Below, one piece after another: positions 29,584 to 40,088 of a stretch of 64,000 nt of DNA. The stretch's first letter is position 1, and every line of letters begins with the position of its first letter. A program made the position numbers and the translations under genes. The stretch covers positions 32,001 to 96,000 of the IMG/VR virus record IMGVR_UViG_3300014204_000122. One strand, given 5' to 3'. Under the pieces are notes generated by a model, which saw only the letters and a list, made by a program, of their open reading frames with translations, was not told the origin of the DNA and did not search any database. The DNA comes from a virus (Duplodnaviria; Caudoviricetes).

Positions 29584-30201
29584 TTATTTATCTGAATTAG
29601 TTTTAATTATTTGAGCAATCTTTGTTCTTGAAGTTTTCGTTTTAGGAATAACATTTTCATATAATTGTTTTGCTTCAACAAAAGAACATTTACTTAATCT
29701 CATTATTTTTTGAATTTCTGTTTTAAAATCTTGTAGATCTGATAAGGAATTCAAAGAATCAATTGATCTTTTTTGTTCTTGTTGTAATTTTTGAGCAGGC
29801 GTTAGTTTAGTTGAATATCTTTTAATTTGAACATTAGGTTGTGATAATATTTCATTAATTTTTTCATTTTCATCTTTTTCAACAATAGTATTATCTTCTT
29901 CTATATCGCCGTCGTCTTCATTTTGATCTTCAAAATTAATTTCATAATATTGTCTTAATTCTTCGTTAGACGGCATTCCTGATAAATCTATCAACGATTC
30001 TTTTTCTTCTACCAAACCTTCCTCTTTTAAAACGATTGATTCTCCAGTTAAAAGTTTATTATTGATTTCATCAATTGTATCCAATTCTTTTTTCAAATTA
30101 TCTTTTGGCGTAGTGATATCTATAACTTTACTTTTGTTATTTTCTACATGTTCTTTTAAAGCATTTTTTTTTGCTCCAAATACTGATTTTATTTTTGTCA
30201 T
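29584..30201 (-). CDS. hypothetical protein
   Basis: 205-aa charged ORF. Confidence 0.55.
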   Translation of the reverse strand: MTKIKSVFGAKKNALKEHVENNKSKVIDITTPKDNLKKELDTIDEINNKLLTGESIVLKEEGLVEEKESLIDLSGMPSNEELRQYYEINFEDQNEDDGDIEEDNTIVEKDENEKINEILSQPNVQIKRYSTKLTPAQKLQQEQKRSIDSLNSLSDLQDFKTEIQKIMRLSKCSFVEAKQLYENVIPKTKTSRTKIAQIIKTNSDK

Positions 30202-30212
30202 TGCTTTACTAA

Positions 30213-31397
30213 TTAATTATTTTTATCTATTTTTCCCTCATCTATTAATTTTTCAATAGCCGTAAAGGTTTTTATTTTTTCTTCTTGTAAATTGTTTAAA
30301 ATTTCTATTAAAGATAGTTTAACATTTTCTTCTTTAAAATTATTTAAAACTTTTTCTATTTCTATATTAGAGTGTTTAAAAACAGAAGATGGATTACTAC
30401 TCCAAAGATCACAAAAATTTGCTAGACAATCTGTAATTTCAAATTCATCCATTGTTTCTGTTACATAAAAAGTATCTACTCCTTGGAACGAATTTAAAAA
30501 ACTATTTTTATGTGTTATTACTGGTACTTGTGTTGCTAAAGCTTCTACTAAAGGTGCTGGAATCGCGCTTTTATCATCAGCAAAAATAACTACTGCACAT
30601 TTACTTAATTCATCACAATATTGAGAAATTGATAATTTTTTTAATACTTTAAATTGAAAATAATTAAAATATTTATATTTGTTTGTAAATATATTTACAA
30701 TTTTAGATGCTAATTCCCTATCTCTTATCATTAAACCTATAGTAGGTTTAATTTTTTTAGATTCTAGTGGTGTTAATTTATCAAAATCAACAACATAACT
30801 TGAAACATAATAATTTAGATTTGGAAATAAAGATTGGTAATTATTTTTTATATCTTCTGATATACATATTACATCTTTAAATCCTATAGCTTCCCATGTA
30901 TAACCTGGTTCCATTGAAGCTAATCCATTATATCCTATAGCCAAAACAACTTTATGCAATGGATTAATTTGATAAAAACCTTTCATTATTGTAAAAAAAC
31001 CATCAGGGATTATAATAGTATCAGAAGGTGCAAATTTGTATTCAGCCGCTCCTCCTTCTTTAGAGCTAACATAATCTTTTTTAATATCTTTAGCCCAGTC
31101 AAAATCAAACCATTTAGGAATAAAACCTTTAACTTCGTGTAAAACAATTGTTTTATACCCTAGTTCTTGTGTTATTTTAGCATATTCGTATATAATTTTA
31201 ACTAAAGAACAGCCAAAAGGAATGTCTGGACAATAAAAAATATATCTATTTTCTTTACTTGCTAATTCATCAAAAATATAATCTACTTTTTTATATCTAT
31301 TTTCCTGTCTTTCTTCAAAAGGTAATTGTTTATCTTCTTGAATCTTTCTTGCATTCTCAAGTTCTTTAGCAAATGGTGATTTTTCTTTTTTTTTCAT
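30213..31397 (-). CDS. glycosyltransferase (GT-B, GT4-like)
   Basis: DTIIIPD, VICISEDIK, IPAPLVEALATQVPVI (E-x7-E-like region). Confidence 0.65.
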   Translation of the reverse strand: MKKKEKSPFAKELENARKIQEDKQLPFEERQENRYKKVDYIFDELASKENRYIFYCPDIPFGCSLVKIIYEYAKITQELGYKTIVLHEVKGFIPKWFDFDWAKDIKKDYVSSKEGGAAEYKFAPSDTIIIPDGFFTIMKGFYQINPLHKVVLAIGYNGLASMEPGYTWEAIGFKDVICISEDIKNNYQSLFPNLNYYVSSYVVDFDKLTPLESKKIKPTIGLMIRDRELASKIVNIFTNKYKYFNYFQFKVLKKLSISQYCDELSKCAVVIFADDKSAIPAPLVEALATQVPVITHKNSFLNSFQGVDTFYVTETMDEFEITDCLANFCDLWSSNPSSVFKHSNIEIEKVLNNFKEENVKLSLIEILNNLQEEKIKTFTAIEKLIDEGKIDKNN

Positions 31398-31399
31398 TT

Positions 31400-32116
31400 T
31401 TATTTTTTATTAGGTCTAACTTTAACTTTATTTTTTTTTGATTTGTTTCTTTTTGGTTTATTTTCTTTTTCTTTTTCTATAACCAATCCTTTTTCTACCC
31501 CTTCCAACCAATCGAGAAATTTATTATTTTGTAAAGTATAATCAATTTTTTCATTTTTAAATTGTTCTAAAGGATCAAATATATCAAAAAATTCTGGTCT
31601 TCTTCTAACGAGTTCGTCTGATGATCCTATATATATTAATTCTTTAAAAATTACTCTTGATTTACTTAAAAAAGCTAAAGTATTTGGGATTTTTCTTCCA
31701 AAAGCTCCTTTATCTATTAAAACTACATCGCATAATTTACTTTGACAAATATTAATAAACTCTGTATTAATTTTCTTTAAAGTTTCTGCAGGTGAATAAA
31801 GATTAAAAACCCAAGCTTCTAAAAAATTTGTTAAATCAGTAAGACTAAAAAAATAAGATCTAAAAGTATAATCAAAATTTGGACCATATACAGGAGTGGG
31901 CGTTTTAATATAAAAATCATAAGCTTCTCTACTATTTTGACTTAACTCTTTAAAATAAGTAGAATTTGTATTTTTATTTTCAGTTTCTTTTGCCATCTCT
32001 CCTTCTAATATATCTTTTTTCATTTGATTATAACAGGAAGTAAAATCTGGAAATCTTAAAGTATAATCTATAACTATACCTACTTTATATCTGTTTTTGC
32101 TTATTAAATTACTCAT
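31400..32116 (-). CDS. hypothetical protein (possible degenerate HAD/5'-nucleotidase fold)
   Basis: KVGIVIDYTLR resembles HAD motif I; rest unassigned. Confidence 0.4.
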   Translation of the reverse strand: MSNLISKNRYKVGIVIDYTLRFPDFTSCYNQMKKDILEGEMAKETENKNTNSTYFKELSQNSREAYDFYIKTPTPVYGPNFDYTFRSYFFSLTDLTNFLEAWVFNLYSPAETLKKINTEFINICQSKLCDVVLIDKGAFGRKIPNTLAFLSKSRVIFKELIYIGSSDELVRRRPEFFDIFDPLEQFKNEKIDYTLQNNKFLDWLEGVEKGLVIEKEKENKPKRNKSKKNKVKVRPNKK

Positions 32117-32309
32117 TGTTTACTGGTATTAAAAATTCTAAATCTTTTAAAAAATTATATGAAATAAAAAAGTGAGTGTTTGTGTTAAGATTTTCTAGAC
32201 TATCTTCAAACATTACTATATTAACTGCTTTAATAATAATTTTTTTTAAATCTTCATTATTATTAAAAATTAAAAAATTTTCTAGTTTCTTTGCATCTAT
32301 TTTTTGCAT
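32109..32309 (-). CDS. hypothetical protein
   Basis: 66-aa ORF in operon. Confidence 0.5.
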   Translation of the reverse strand: MQKIDAKKLENFLIFNNNEDLKKIIIKAVNIVMFEDSLENLNTNTHFFISYNFLKDLEFLIPVNNE

Positions 32310-33260
32310 CTATTTTATTTTTTTTATTATATCTTCTTTGATTACTTTTTGTTTAGGACAATCAGTGCATATATCTTTTTTAAAAAAACAATAATCACAA
32401 TATTTTTTTAATCCTTTTTCTATTTTTATTTTAGGTAATGTTTTTTCATCTTTAAAAGTATATATTTCTTTTGCAACTTGTTTTATATCTTCTAATACCC
32501 ACTCTCTAAAATCTTCTGTTATATTAACTCTATATTCTTTAATTCCTATTGGTTGTCTTGTTAAAGCACAGTATTCAACATCTATTTTATCTATATCAAT
32601 ATCGTATTTTTTTGATAAAAAATATTGATATAAAGCTGTTTGACCAAAAAAGATTTTTATTCTTAAATTTTCAAACTCTTCTTTGGATAACTCCTCTTTA
32701 TTTTTTATTTTTTTATAAATAACATCAAAAGGAATTTTTCCTACTTTTTTTTCTAAATTCCACTCTCTTAGTGCACTTTTCCAATCTAAAACAATGTATT
32801 TGTCTATTTTTTTATATTGTCCTATAAAATCTATAAACCCTTTAAAATAAATAACTTCTCCGTTAACCTCTACAAGGGGTTCATATATATTTTCTTCTAT
32901 TCCCGCAATATCTATTCCTTTGAATCTATTATAAAAATCTAAAGAATTTACAACTCCAACAGCATCTTTAATTAAAGTTTTCCCAAAAAAAGATGTTGTA
33001 AATGCAGAATTTCCATTTTTTTTAACTTTTTGTGTTGCAATTTCTCTTATATTGTTTACTTTTAAGGGATCTTTTAAAATTTCCTCTATAGTTTCATGAA
33101 CAGAACTGCCAAAAACTAAAAATTCATTTGTTGGCTCTTTAATACCTAAATAATATTGTAAATACCATCTAAAAGGACATTGTTTATATATAGAATATTC
33201 CGAAAAAGAAATATGTTGTTTTTTCGGAATATCTATATTATTATTTATTTTTTCAGGCAT
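32310..33260 (-). CDS. PD-(D/E)XK Cas4/RecB-like exonuclease
   Basis: HISFSE...CP, FGSSVHE, FKGFIDFI, VLDWKS, QTALY, C-terminal CDYC.F...C. Confidence 0.85.
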   Translation of the reverse strand: MPEKINNNIDIPKKQHISFSEYSIYKQCPFRWYLQYYLGIKEPTNEFLVFGSSVHETIEEILKDPLKVNNIREIATQKVKKNGNSAFTTSFFGKTLIKDAVGVVNSLDFYNRFKGIDIAGIEENIYEPLVEVNGEVIYFKGFIDFIGQYKKIDKYIVLDWKSALREWNLEKKVGKIPFDVIYKKIKNKEELSKEEFENLRIKIFFGQTALYQYFLSKKYDIDIDKIDVEYCALTRQPIGIKEYRVNITEDFREWVLEDIKQVAKEIYTFKDEKTLPKIKIEKGLKKYCDYCFFKKDICTDCPKQKVIKEDIIKKIK

Positions 33261-33278
33261 TTTTTATTATAAATAAAT

Positions 33279-33821
33279 TTAAAAATTACTCCCGTTATCT
33301 TCACAGAATTTTTTATAAGAAGCAACAAAATCAACATCAGCTGAACACCCAGGACCAAATATTCTAATTACACTACTAAATTCTCTAACAGTATGATCTA
33401 TTGTAAAAACTTTTCCTTTTTCACTATCAACAGCTAAGTGTTCTAATTCATGATAAACTAATCTAAATTTTTGATCATCTGAGGCGTCTTCCCATGTATC
33501 ATATGATATTTGAATAATTGCATCATAACCATGTAATACTTTTTGTAATTCACTCTCTGTTTTTGCCGTTCCTAAAACAACTTCACCATCTTTTTTAGGA
33601 GCTTTTTGTTTAAATACATATCCTATTTGATAAGGTGCTAAATCTTTTCTAAAGCGATCAATTAATTGCTCACCAATTTCAATAACTTCTTCTGCTAATA
33701 TAAATTTTTGATCATCAGATGGCCATGCGCCTAAAGGTGCAGATTTTAACTCAAATCCAAATTTTTCACAGGTTTTATTACCTGTATCTATTAACTCTAA
33801 TTTTAAATCGTCTTTTTCCAT
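33279..33821 (-). CDS. putative phage metallopeptidase
   Basis: W......KFRLVYHELEH (HExxH) followed by DHTVREF. Confidence 0.75.
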   Translation of the reverse strand: MEKDDLKLELIDTGNKTCEKFGFELKSAPLGAWPSDDQKFILAEEVIEIGEQLIDRFRKDLAPYQIGYVFKQKAPKKDGEVVLGTAKTESELQKVLHGYDAIIQISYDTWEDASDDQKFRLVYHELEHLAVDSEKGKVFTIDHTVREFSSVIRIFGPGCSADVDFVASYKKFCEDNGSNF

Positions 33822-33834
33822 ATTTTGTTTGTTT

Positions 33835-34182
33835 TTAAAAATTAATTATTGTATTAAATAAACTTAATGTTAAATCGTTTTCTTCTGTTATTATAATGTT
33901 TTTATTAGCATCATCAACGTCTACAGAAAATTCTAATTGTTCTATATCCCATTCAGGAAAAATTAAAATTATTAAATTTGTAAAAGTGTCATAAGCTACG
34001 CATCTTAATTGATCCTTCTTTACTTTAGAAAAAACTCTATATTTTATTAAAAGTTCAGCATAGTCTTTAAATGTTTTACTAGAATTTTCTCTATTATACT
34101 GTTCTAAAAACATTATAATAGCCTTTCTTTGATTAATAGGTATACTATTTTCTTTAAAAAATAATTCTAAATTTAAGTTCAT
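33835..34182 (-). CDS. hypothetical protein
   Basis: 115-aa ORF. Confidence 0.55.
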   Translation of the reverse strand: MNLNLELFFKENSIPINQRKAIIMFLEQYNRENSSKTFKDYAELLIKYRVFSKVKKDQLRCVAYDTFTNLIILIFPEWDIEQLEFSVDVDDANKNIIITEENDLTLSLFNTIINF

Positions 34183-34199
34183 TTTTATATTTATTAAGT

Positions 34200-35138
34200 T
34201 TATTTAATTAAAGAATTTAGCTCATCATGGCTAATATTGTCAGAAAAACCATTTGGTATTCCACTTGTTATTATCGAAAAAGCACCGTGGTTATGTAGAC
34301 TTTCTGAGTGTAAACAAACAACTCTAAAATCTAAAATTCTTTCATCTTTGATTAATTCTTGATAAAGTAATCGAGCTGCGTCTTCTACAAATTTTAAATA
34401 AGAACCATTTAATTCTGCAAAGGCTTGTTCATCTTCTCTTTTTACCATTACTTGGGTTTCTGTTTTTAAAGCCTCTAAACATATTTGCTGTAAATCTTCT
34501 ATCCAAATAAAATCTTCAAACTTGATAGATACTCTAGCTGTACTTCTTTGAGAGTGTGGTACAACTGCTTTATTTCTTGTTTTTTGCGCATGTCTACCTA
34601 ATTCATAAGAACAAGGGCAAGCACTGGAATAAATAAAATCAAAATGTAGAAATTTTTCAAAATTTCCTGTTTTATCAATTTTACCTTCTAAAGTTACATT
34701 ATAATACTGCCAACCACTAAGATTAGATCTTAAAGATTGCTGTCTAATTGGGTAACTAAAATTCATTAAAATATCAGCTTCAAAAGTGTCTAACTCTTGT
34801 TTATATTTTTTTAAAATTTCTCCTAACGTATCTAGTCCAAAAATATTATTTTCAAATTCATAAAAAGTGCGAACTATTCTACTCATATTAATTCCTTTTT
34901 TATCTGCTTCTAAGGATACAGAACCACAAACAGAAGTTTTTAAATTAATAGAACTTCCATCTTTAGTTTTAAAAGTTAATGGTAAAAGAAAATTATGAAT
35001 TCCTACTCTTTGTATTTTAACATTTTCTCCCTTGATATAGGAGTTGCCTGAATTTTGTAAATCAGGAAGAGTTGCAATGTATGCCTCATCTATTTTTAAA
35101 TTACTATCGTAATTAGTACTTAAATCTTTATCAATCAT
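34200..35138 (-). CDS. folE2: GTP cyclohydrolase IB (FolE2)
   Basis: LPDLQ, IQRVGI, KGINMSRI, YSSACPCS, PHSQRS, VKREDEQAFA, FVEDAAR, HSESLHNH. Confidence 0.95.
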   Translation of the reverse strand: MIDKDLSTNYDSNLKIDEAYIATLPDLQNSGNSYIKGENVKIQRVGIHNFLLPLTFKTKDGSSINLKTSVCGSVSLEADKKGINMSRIVRTFYEFENNIFGLDTLGEILKKYKQELDTFEADILMNFSYPIRQQSLRSNLSGWQYYNVTLEGKIDKTGNFEKFLHFDFIYSSACPCSYELGRHAQKTRNKAVVPHSQRSTARVSIKFEDFIWIEDLQQICLEALKTETQVMVKREDEQAFAELNGSYLKFVEDAARLLYQELIKDERILDFRVVCLHSESLHNHGAFSIITSGIPNGFSDNISHDELNSLIK

Positions 35139-35218
35139 TATAAACGTTTTTGAAATTAACTATTTACTATAAAATAAGAAAAAAAAATCATTTTATTCAT
35201 ATTTAAAGAAAAAAAGAA

Positions 35219-35827
35219 ATGGATAGAGAAAAAGTATTAAATAGTATTAAAGAAAAGACTCCTATTAGAGTTTCTATTATTAAAGATAATATTACACATA
35301 TATTAAAAGTTATTCCTACTAAAATAAATAGTGATGATTTAATTATTGGTACTATTGAAAAAACAAACACTCCTATAGTTTTTGGATTAAGTAAAGTTTT
35401 AAAAGAGGCAACTACTGGAATTAAAGTCAGTCAGAAAAATTTAAATAAAATGGATGTTAATACTTTAGCTAAGGTATCTGAAAAAACTCAAATAGAAATT
35501 ACAGAAGCTGATGAAGAAGGAAGTTTTAATGTTTCAGTTAAAGAACCTGAAATAGAAAACGAAGCAAACGTTAAAGATATAGATATATCTAATAACATAA
35601 ATATGGCTAAAGAAAATTTAATAGCTTGGGCTACTCAAAAAAATATTGATTTAGATAAATTTAGTGATTTAAATAACAACAACGGTGAAATTGTATCTAA
35701 ACTTTTTGTAAAAAATCAACCTCACTTAGTTTTTATTCAACCTAATGGTAATATTAAAATAGGTGGACATAAAGTTGAAAGTTATGATACTTTTTCTGAT
35801 TTGATAGATTTTTTTTATAGTGTTTAA
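35219..35827 (+). CDS. hypothetical protein
   Basis: 202-aa ORF preceded by ATATTTAAA; internal VLKE and ITE motifs. Confidence 0.6.
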   Translation: MDREKVLNSIKEKTPIRVSIIKDNITHILKVIPTKINSDDLIIGTIEKTNTPIVFGLSKVLKEATTGIKVSQKNLNKMDVNTLAKVSEKTQIEITEADEEGSFNVSVKEPEIENEANVKDIDISNNINMAKENLIAWATQKNIDLDKFSDLNNNNGEIVSKLFVKNQPHLVFIQPNGNIKIGGHKVESYDTFSDLIDFFYSV

Positions 35828-35832
35828 TAAAT

Positions 35833-36165
35833 ATGCGATATATTTACTTAATAAATAAAGAACATACTGACGATTACAAAATAGGAATTTCAAATAAGCC
35901 TGAAAAAAGATTAAAAACTTTACAAACTGGAAATTCTAAAAAGCTAATAATAATTGATAAGTTTTTATCTAGTTTTGCTACTAAAATAGAAACTCATCTT
36001 CATCATCAATTTTATAAAACTCAAAAAGTTGGAGAATGGTTTACTTTAAATGACAATGATGTTAAAGGTTTTAAAACTACTTGCGAGCAATTAGAAGAAT
36101 CTTTTAAGTTTCTTTTAAAAGAAAATTGTTTTTTTCAAAAAGATATTAACAAATTAAAATATTAA
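35833..36165 (+). CDS. GIY-YIG nuclease (T5orf172/MUG113-like)
   Basis: YIYLI....YKIGIS..PEKRLKTLQTGN...IE..LH.......GEWF. Confidence 0.85.
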   Translation: MRYIYLINKEHTDDYKIGISNKPEKRLKTLQTGNSKKLIIIDKFLSSFATKIETHLHHQFYKTQKVGEWFTLNDNDVKGFKTTCEQLEESFKFLLKENCFFQKDINKLKY

Positions 36166-36416
36166 TAATTTTCAAGTTCTTTTAATAATTCTTGTAATTT
36201 TGAAAAATTTGATTGTTCAAACATAATTATTTCAGAAACCAGGTCTTTTAATTTTACATTTTGAGACTCAAGTTTTATTTGTTGATACATATTTATAGAA
36301 TTAATTTTTTCAATCATTGAAAATCTTAAAAATTCTATTTCTTTACTATTACTAGGTTCATAATTACTATCTATGATTTTTTTTCCTATATATTCATTAA
36401 AATTAAACTCTTTCAT
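36162..36416 (-). CDS. hypothetical protein (ferritin-like helix pattern)
   Basis: LRFSMIEKINSINMYQ...LVSEIIMFEQ. Confidence 0.45.
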   Translation of the reverse strand: MKEFNFNEYIGKKIIDSNYEPSNSKEIEFLRFSMIEKINSINMYQQIKLESQNVKLKDLVSEIIMFEQSNFSKLQELLKELENY

Positions 36417-36417
36417 T

Positions 36418-36981
36418 TTATTTTTTTATAATAACTGTAAATCCATTTCCCACTTTATCATCTTTGTCGTGATATTCTATAACATTATATCCTAAATAAT
36501 TACAAAGCTCAACCATATCTTCTGTAACCCATATAGTCCAATGTCTGTGATCATCAAAATCATCACTTGGATTTAAATCTCTTTCTATTAATTCATTTAA
36601 AGTTGTTCTTGGTTTATTTCTATCTATTGTTCTTTCTTTATGAGGGCATATTGTAAAAATATAACCACCTGGTTTAACAACCCTGATCCATTCTTTTAAT
36701 GTTTTTATCGGATTTTTAAAGTGTTCTATAACATGACTTGATAAAACATAGTCTAAAGAATCGTCTTCGAAAGGTAATTCATCTCCGTTTGCTACAATAT
36801 CTACATTTAAATATTCACCACAGTCTTTGATTTGTCTAGTTTGAAAAACAGTCATTTCTTTTGTATAATCTACATTTATACAATCTTTTATATTAAAAGG
36901 GTTGTGTGCTCCTCCTCCTATTTCTATTCCCTTAAGACCATCTAAATATTTATGTGCTAATTCTGATTCTTTTGCTTTCAT
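36418..36981 (-). CDS. class I SAM-dependent methyltransferase
   Basis: GIEIGGG, LPFEDDSLDYVLSSHVIEH, EWIRVVKPGG. Confidence 0.9.
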   Translation of the reverse strand: MKAKESELAHKYLDGLKGIEIGGGAHNPFNIKDCINVDYTKEMTVFQTRQIKDCGEYLNVDIVANGDELPFEDDSLDYVLSSHVIEHFKNPIKTLKEWIRVVKPGGYIFTICPHKERTIDRNKPRTTLNELIERDLNPSDDFDDHRHWTIWVTEDMVELCNYLGYNVIEYHDKDDKVGNGFTVIIKK

Positions 36982-36984
36982 TTT

Positions 36985-39708
36985 TTATTTTAATAAATGT
37001 TTACTATCTGAAGAGTTACCTCCTCTATACCAATGATATAAATAAATACCTTTCATTAAAAATATTTTTTCATTAAAGTTTTGAAGTTTTCTACTAAAGT
37101 CATTATCTACTCCTAGCATGCCTTCTTCTAAAAAACCACCAACTTTTTTCCACGTACTTTTTTTAACCAATATTAATATTCCACTAAAAGGCTCTTTTGC
37201 CCCTACATTTGATTTATCTTCACATTGTGTTCCTAGTTCATCTTGTAATTTTCTCCCTAATTTTCTATGATAGGTCATATCATCATTATCCCAATTTGTT
37301 TCAGGGGTTAATTGCCACTTACATCCTATTCTATTTGTAACTGAAGTAAAAACACCCACGTTTGGATTCTCAATTATTATTTGCTGTATTATGTGACCAT
37401 AATCTGTTGTAGTGAAAATTGTATCTGCATCTACAAAACAAGCATAATCATTATCATTTGGTAAAACTTTCATAAAATCATTATAATATTTTCCAATATT
37501 CTTGTTTATATCATAAGGTATTGAGTAATATATATTTCCAATATCTCTATAATCTAATGATTTAAAATCTTCATCTTTGCCACTACAACCTATTGTATTC
37601 CAATTATAAAACTTTGCTTTATCGTTTGATAAAAGCCACATTTCTGCTTTATATCTATCTGTGTTGTTTACACCTGGTCTTATTATTTGTATATTATCTA
37701 TTACTTCTAATTTTTTTAAATAGTCACTACTGGTCCACCAAAAATTTCCTGAATAGTGATTGTTATACCAATCTTTACCTTTAATATAATTAGATCCAAC
37801 AGTATCATATTCGTTAAGAAGTTCAATATTTTTTTTCCATTTTTCAATATTAAAATATTCTAAATATCTTCTCCAATGAACTCTACTATAATTATGTAAA
37901 TTACCAAAAGATCCTTTTGTATGAAAATATAAACACTTAAACTCTTCTTTTAAAGAATGTTCTTTTAATTTTCTTAATATTGGTAATTCTGCAACCGTAT
38001 AATCTGTATTTTCATATATACATTCAAATTTAGAAGGTAATTGAGGTAAAAAAGATTTATCTCCTACTATACTATAATATATTTTATCTACATAGTTATA
38101 TAATCCTGTAACTTGTAATAAATGTAATTGGTCTTTAACTATACTTGTGCATAGGTTATCATACGCACCTATATGGTAATAAATATATGTTTTAGGTTTA
38201 GTTTTGTTTAATTTAACATAAGAGAGTATAAGACCTCCTTTTGTATTATTTTGGTGTACTAATGCATCTTTATTTTCTTTCCAATTTAATAAATGGTTTT
38301 TTATTTTTGTTATATTATTATATATTTCTTCGTTATTTATAGACATATATGATCTGAAATCAATTTTATTATCATAAGATTCTTTTAAGTATGTATAATG
38401 GTGCATATACATGTTTGATATGTGATAATTATTTTCTTTCATTTTTCTATTAGGATCAACTAAAACAGAAGAGTGAGTAGCCTCGAATTTTCTATTATTT
38501 ATTTTATAAATAGATGCGACAAAATAACTATCATCAAAATAATGATTTCTATCATAATAATAAGAACGAATAGGACAATATAAAGTATCTATATCATTAT
38601 AATACATGAATTTTATTTCGTTTTTTAATTCATCTGCGTTATATAACTCGTCAGTATCTAAAGGCATTATATAATGACAATTATTTTTTTTACAACACTC
38701 CAATCCTAAGTTTCTTTTTTCTAATACACTTTGTTGTTTACTATTTTCTTCTTTTTGATTATAATATACTATTTCATCTATTAGTTTCTCATCTATTAGT
38801 TTTTTAATAATAGATTTATTTATACTTGGCTCTTCTTTTCCACTAAAACCTATTTGTTGGTGAACAAGCACTATATAATCTACTACATTTTTTATACTTC
38901 TTATAGATTCTTCTATTAATTCTAAACCATAAAAAGTATTATATGCTGCTCCTACTTTAATTTTTATATTATCATCAATTATGTTAGAATTACAATAAAA
39001 ACTTTTAAGATTACTTGTTTCAAAGATAAAACTATATTTGCTTTTACCTCTTTTTGAATTTATATAGTTAATTTTTGAAGCTAATACTTCTTTATTATTG
39101 AAAAGATTTATAGATAAGTTTTCGTTAAAAACTCTTTTTAATACAGTAGTCTCTAAAATATCTATTTGTTTGAAATTATTAGAAACTAATCTATTTATTA
39201 AATCATAATCTGAAACACTCTTCCAATTTGAATATCCATTTAGTTGTAAAAAAGTAGATGTTTTTATACAAATTATATCATCAGTATTAATAAAATTTGA
39301 TAGTTTTGTTTTATCTGGATTGTTAAACTTTTTACAACCAACTCTTATAAAGTTATTATTTGATAAGCTTGATAGATTTGTTTTAAAAAAATCATTAATC
39401 ATTAAATCTTCTGCATTAAAAAAACATAACGTATCATATTGACTTTTTGAAACTAAAGAGTTTTTCATTAACCAAACTCCTATATTGTTTTCAGATAAAA
39501 ATATTTTTAAATTTTTATATTTATGCTTAATAGAATTTAATTTATTACAAGTATCCTTGCAAGTATCTACTCCTATTAAAATTTCATATTCGTAATTTAA
39601 TAAGGATTTTTGAAAATTAATAGAATTTAAACATTCCTCTATATAATTATGTGCTTTATTTGCATATATAATAATAGATAATCCTTGTTTTTTATTTAAA
39701 CAATCCAT
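36985..39708 (-). CDS. multidomain glycosyltransferase (several GT-A modules)
   Basis: N-terminal GT2 (IEECLNSI..Q, EILIGVD), second module with LDTDE, third with YFHTKG...YSGNFWW, fourth with FVDAD..GVDNDF. Confidence 0.75.
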   Translation of the reverse strand: MDCLNKKQGLSIIIYANKAHNYIEECLNSINFQKSLLNYEYEILIGVDTCKDTCNKLNSIKHKYKNLKIFLSENNIGVWLMKNSLVSKSQYDTLCFFNAEDLMINDFFKTNLSSLSNNNFIRVGCKKFNNPDKTKLSNFINTDDIICIKTSTFLQLNGYSNWKSVSDYDLINRLVSNNFKQIDILETTVLKRVFNENLSINLFNNKEVLASKINYINSKRGKSKYSFIFETSNLKSFYCNSNIIDDNIKIKVGAAYNTFYGLELIEESIRSIKNVVDYIVLVHQQIGFSGKEEPSINKSIIKKLIDEKLIDEIVYYNQKEENSKQQSVLEKRNLGLECCKKNNCHYIMPLDTDELYNADELKNEIKFMYYNDIDTLYCPIRSYYYDRNHYFDDSYFVASIYKINNRKFEATHSSVLVDPNRKMKENNYHISNMYMHHYTYLKESYDNKIDFRSYMSINNEEIYNNITKIKNHLLNWKENKDALVHQNNTKGGLILSYVKLNKTKPKTYIYYHIGAYDNLCTSIVKDQLHLLQVTGLYNYVDKIYYSIVGDKSFLPQLPSKFECIYENTDYTVAELPILRKLKEHSLKEEFKCLYFHTKGSFGNLHNYSRVHWRRYLEYFNIEKWKKNIELLNEYDTVGSNYIKGKDWYNNHYSGNFWWTSSDYLKKLEVIDNIQIIRPGVNNTDRYKAEMWLLSNDKAKFYNWNTIGCSGKDEDFKSLDYRDIGNIYYSIPYDINKNIGKYYNDFMKVLPNDNDYACFVDADTIFTTTDYGHIIQQIIIENPNVGVFTSVTNRIGCKWQLTPETNWDNDDMTYHRKLGRKLQDELGTQCEDKSNVGAKEPFSGILILVKKSTWKKVGGFLEEGMLGVDNDFSRKLQNFNEKIFLMKGIYLYHWYRGGNSSDSKHLLK

Positions 39709-39723
39709 GTTGTAAATAATTAT

Positions 39724-40050
39724 TTATTTATTAGAACCCCTTCTAACAAGTCCTAGATAAATTGATTTTTTTCTTTTTTTACTATCTATTTTAGGAAACC
39801 AATAATGAAAACCATCTCTTTCTATACTATAATGAAAAGTTCCGTGATGAATATCATCAGGTGTTTGTAAGGATTGAAAATCTTCAACTGCTTCTCCACC
39901 ATCATCAGAATTAATCTCTATTGGACTATTACTAAGCCCTATATTAATAGTAGTTGTTTCTTCTTTTAAAATAACTTTTTTGTGTGTTATTCTTTGAAGT
40001 TTTTCAATTAATAGTTCAATTTCTAATTGTTTTTCTTTGTTTGTTTTCAC
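39724..40050 (-). CDS. leader-tagged hypothetical protein
   Basis: GTG start; KEKQLEIELLIEKLQRITHKKVILKEE module. Confidence 0.65.
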   Translation of the reverse strand: MKTNKEKQLEIELLIEKLQRITHKKVILKEETTTINIGLSNSPIEINSDDGGEAVEDFQSLQTPDDIHHGTFHYSIERDGFHYWFPKIDSKKRKKSIYLGLVRRGSNK

Positions 40051-40088
40051 TATAATTGGTTTATTCTTAAATATAGATTTTATAAATT

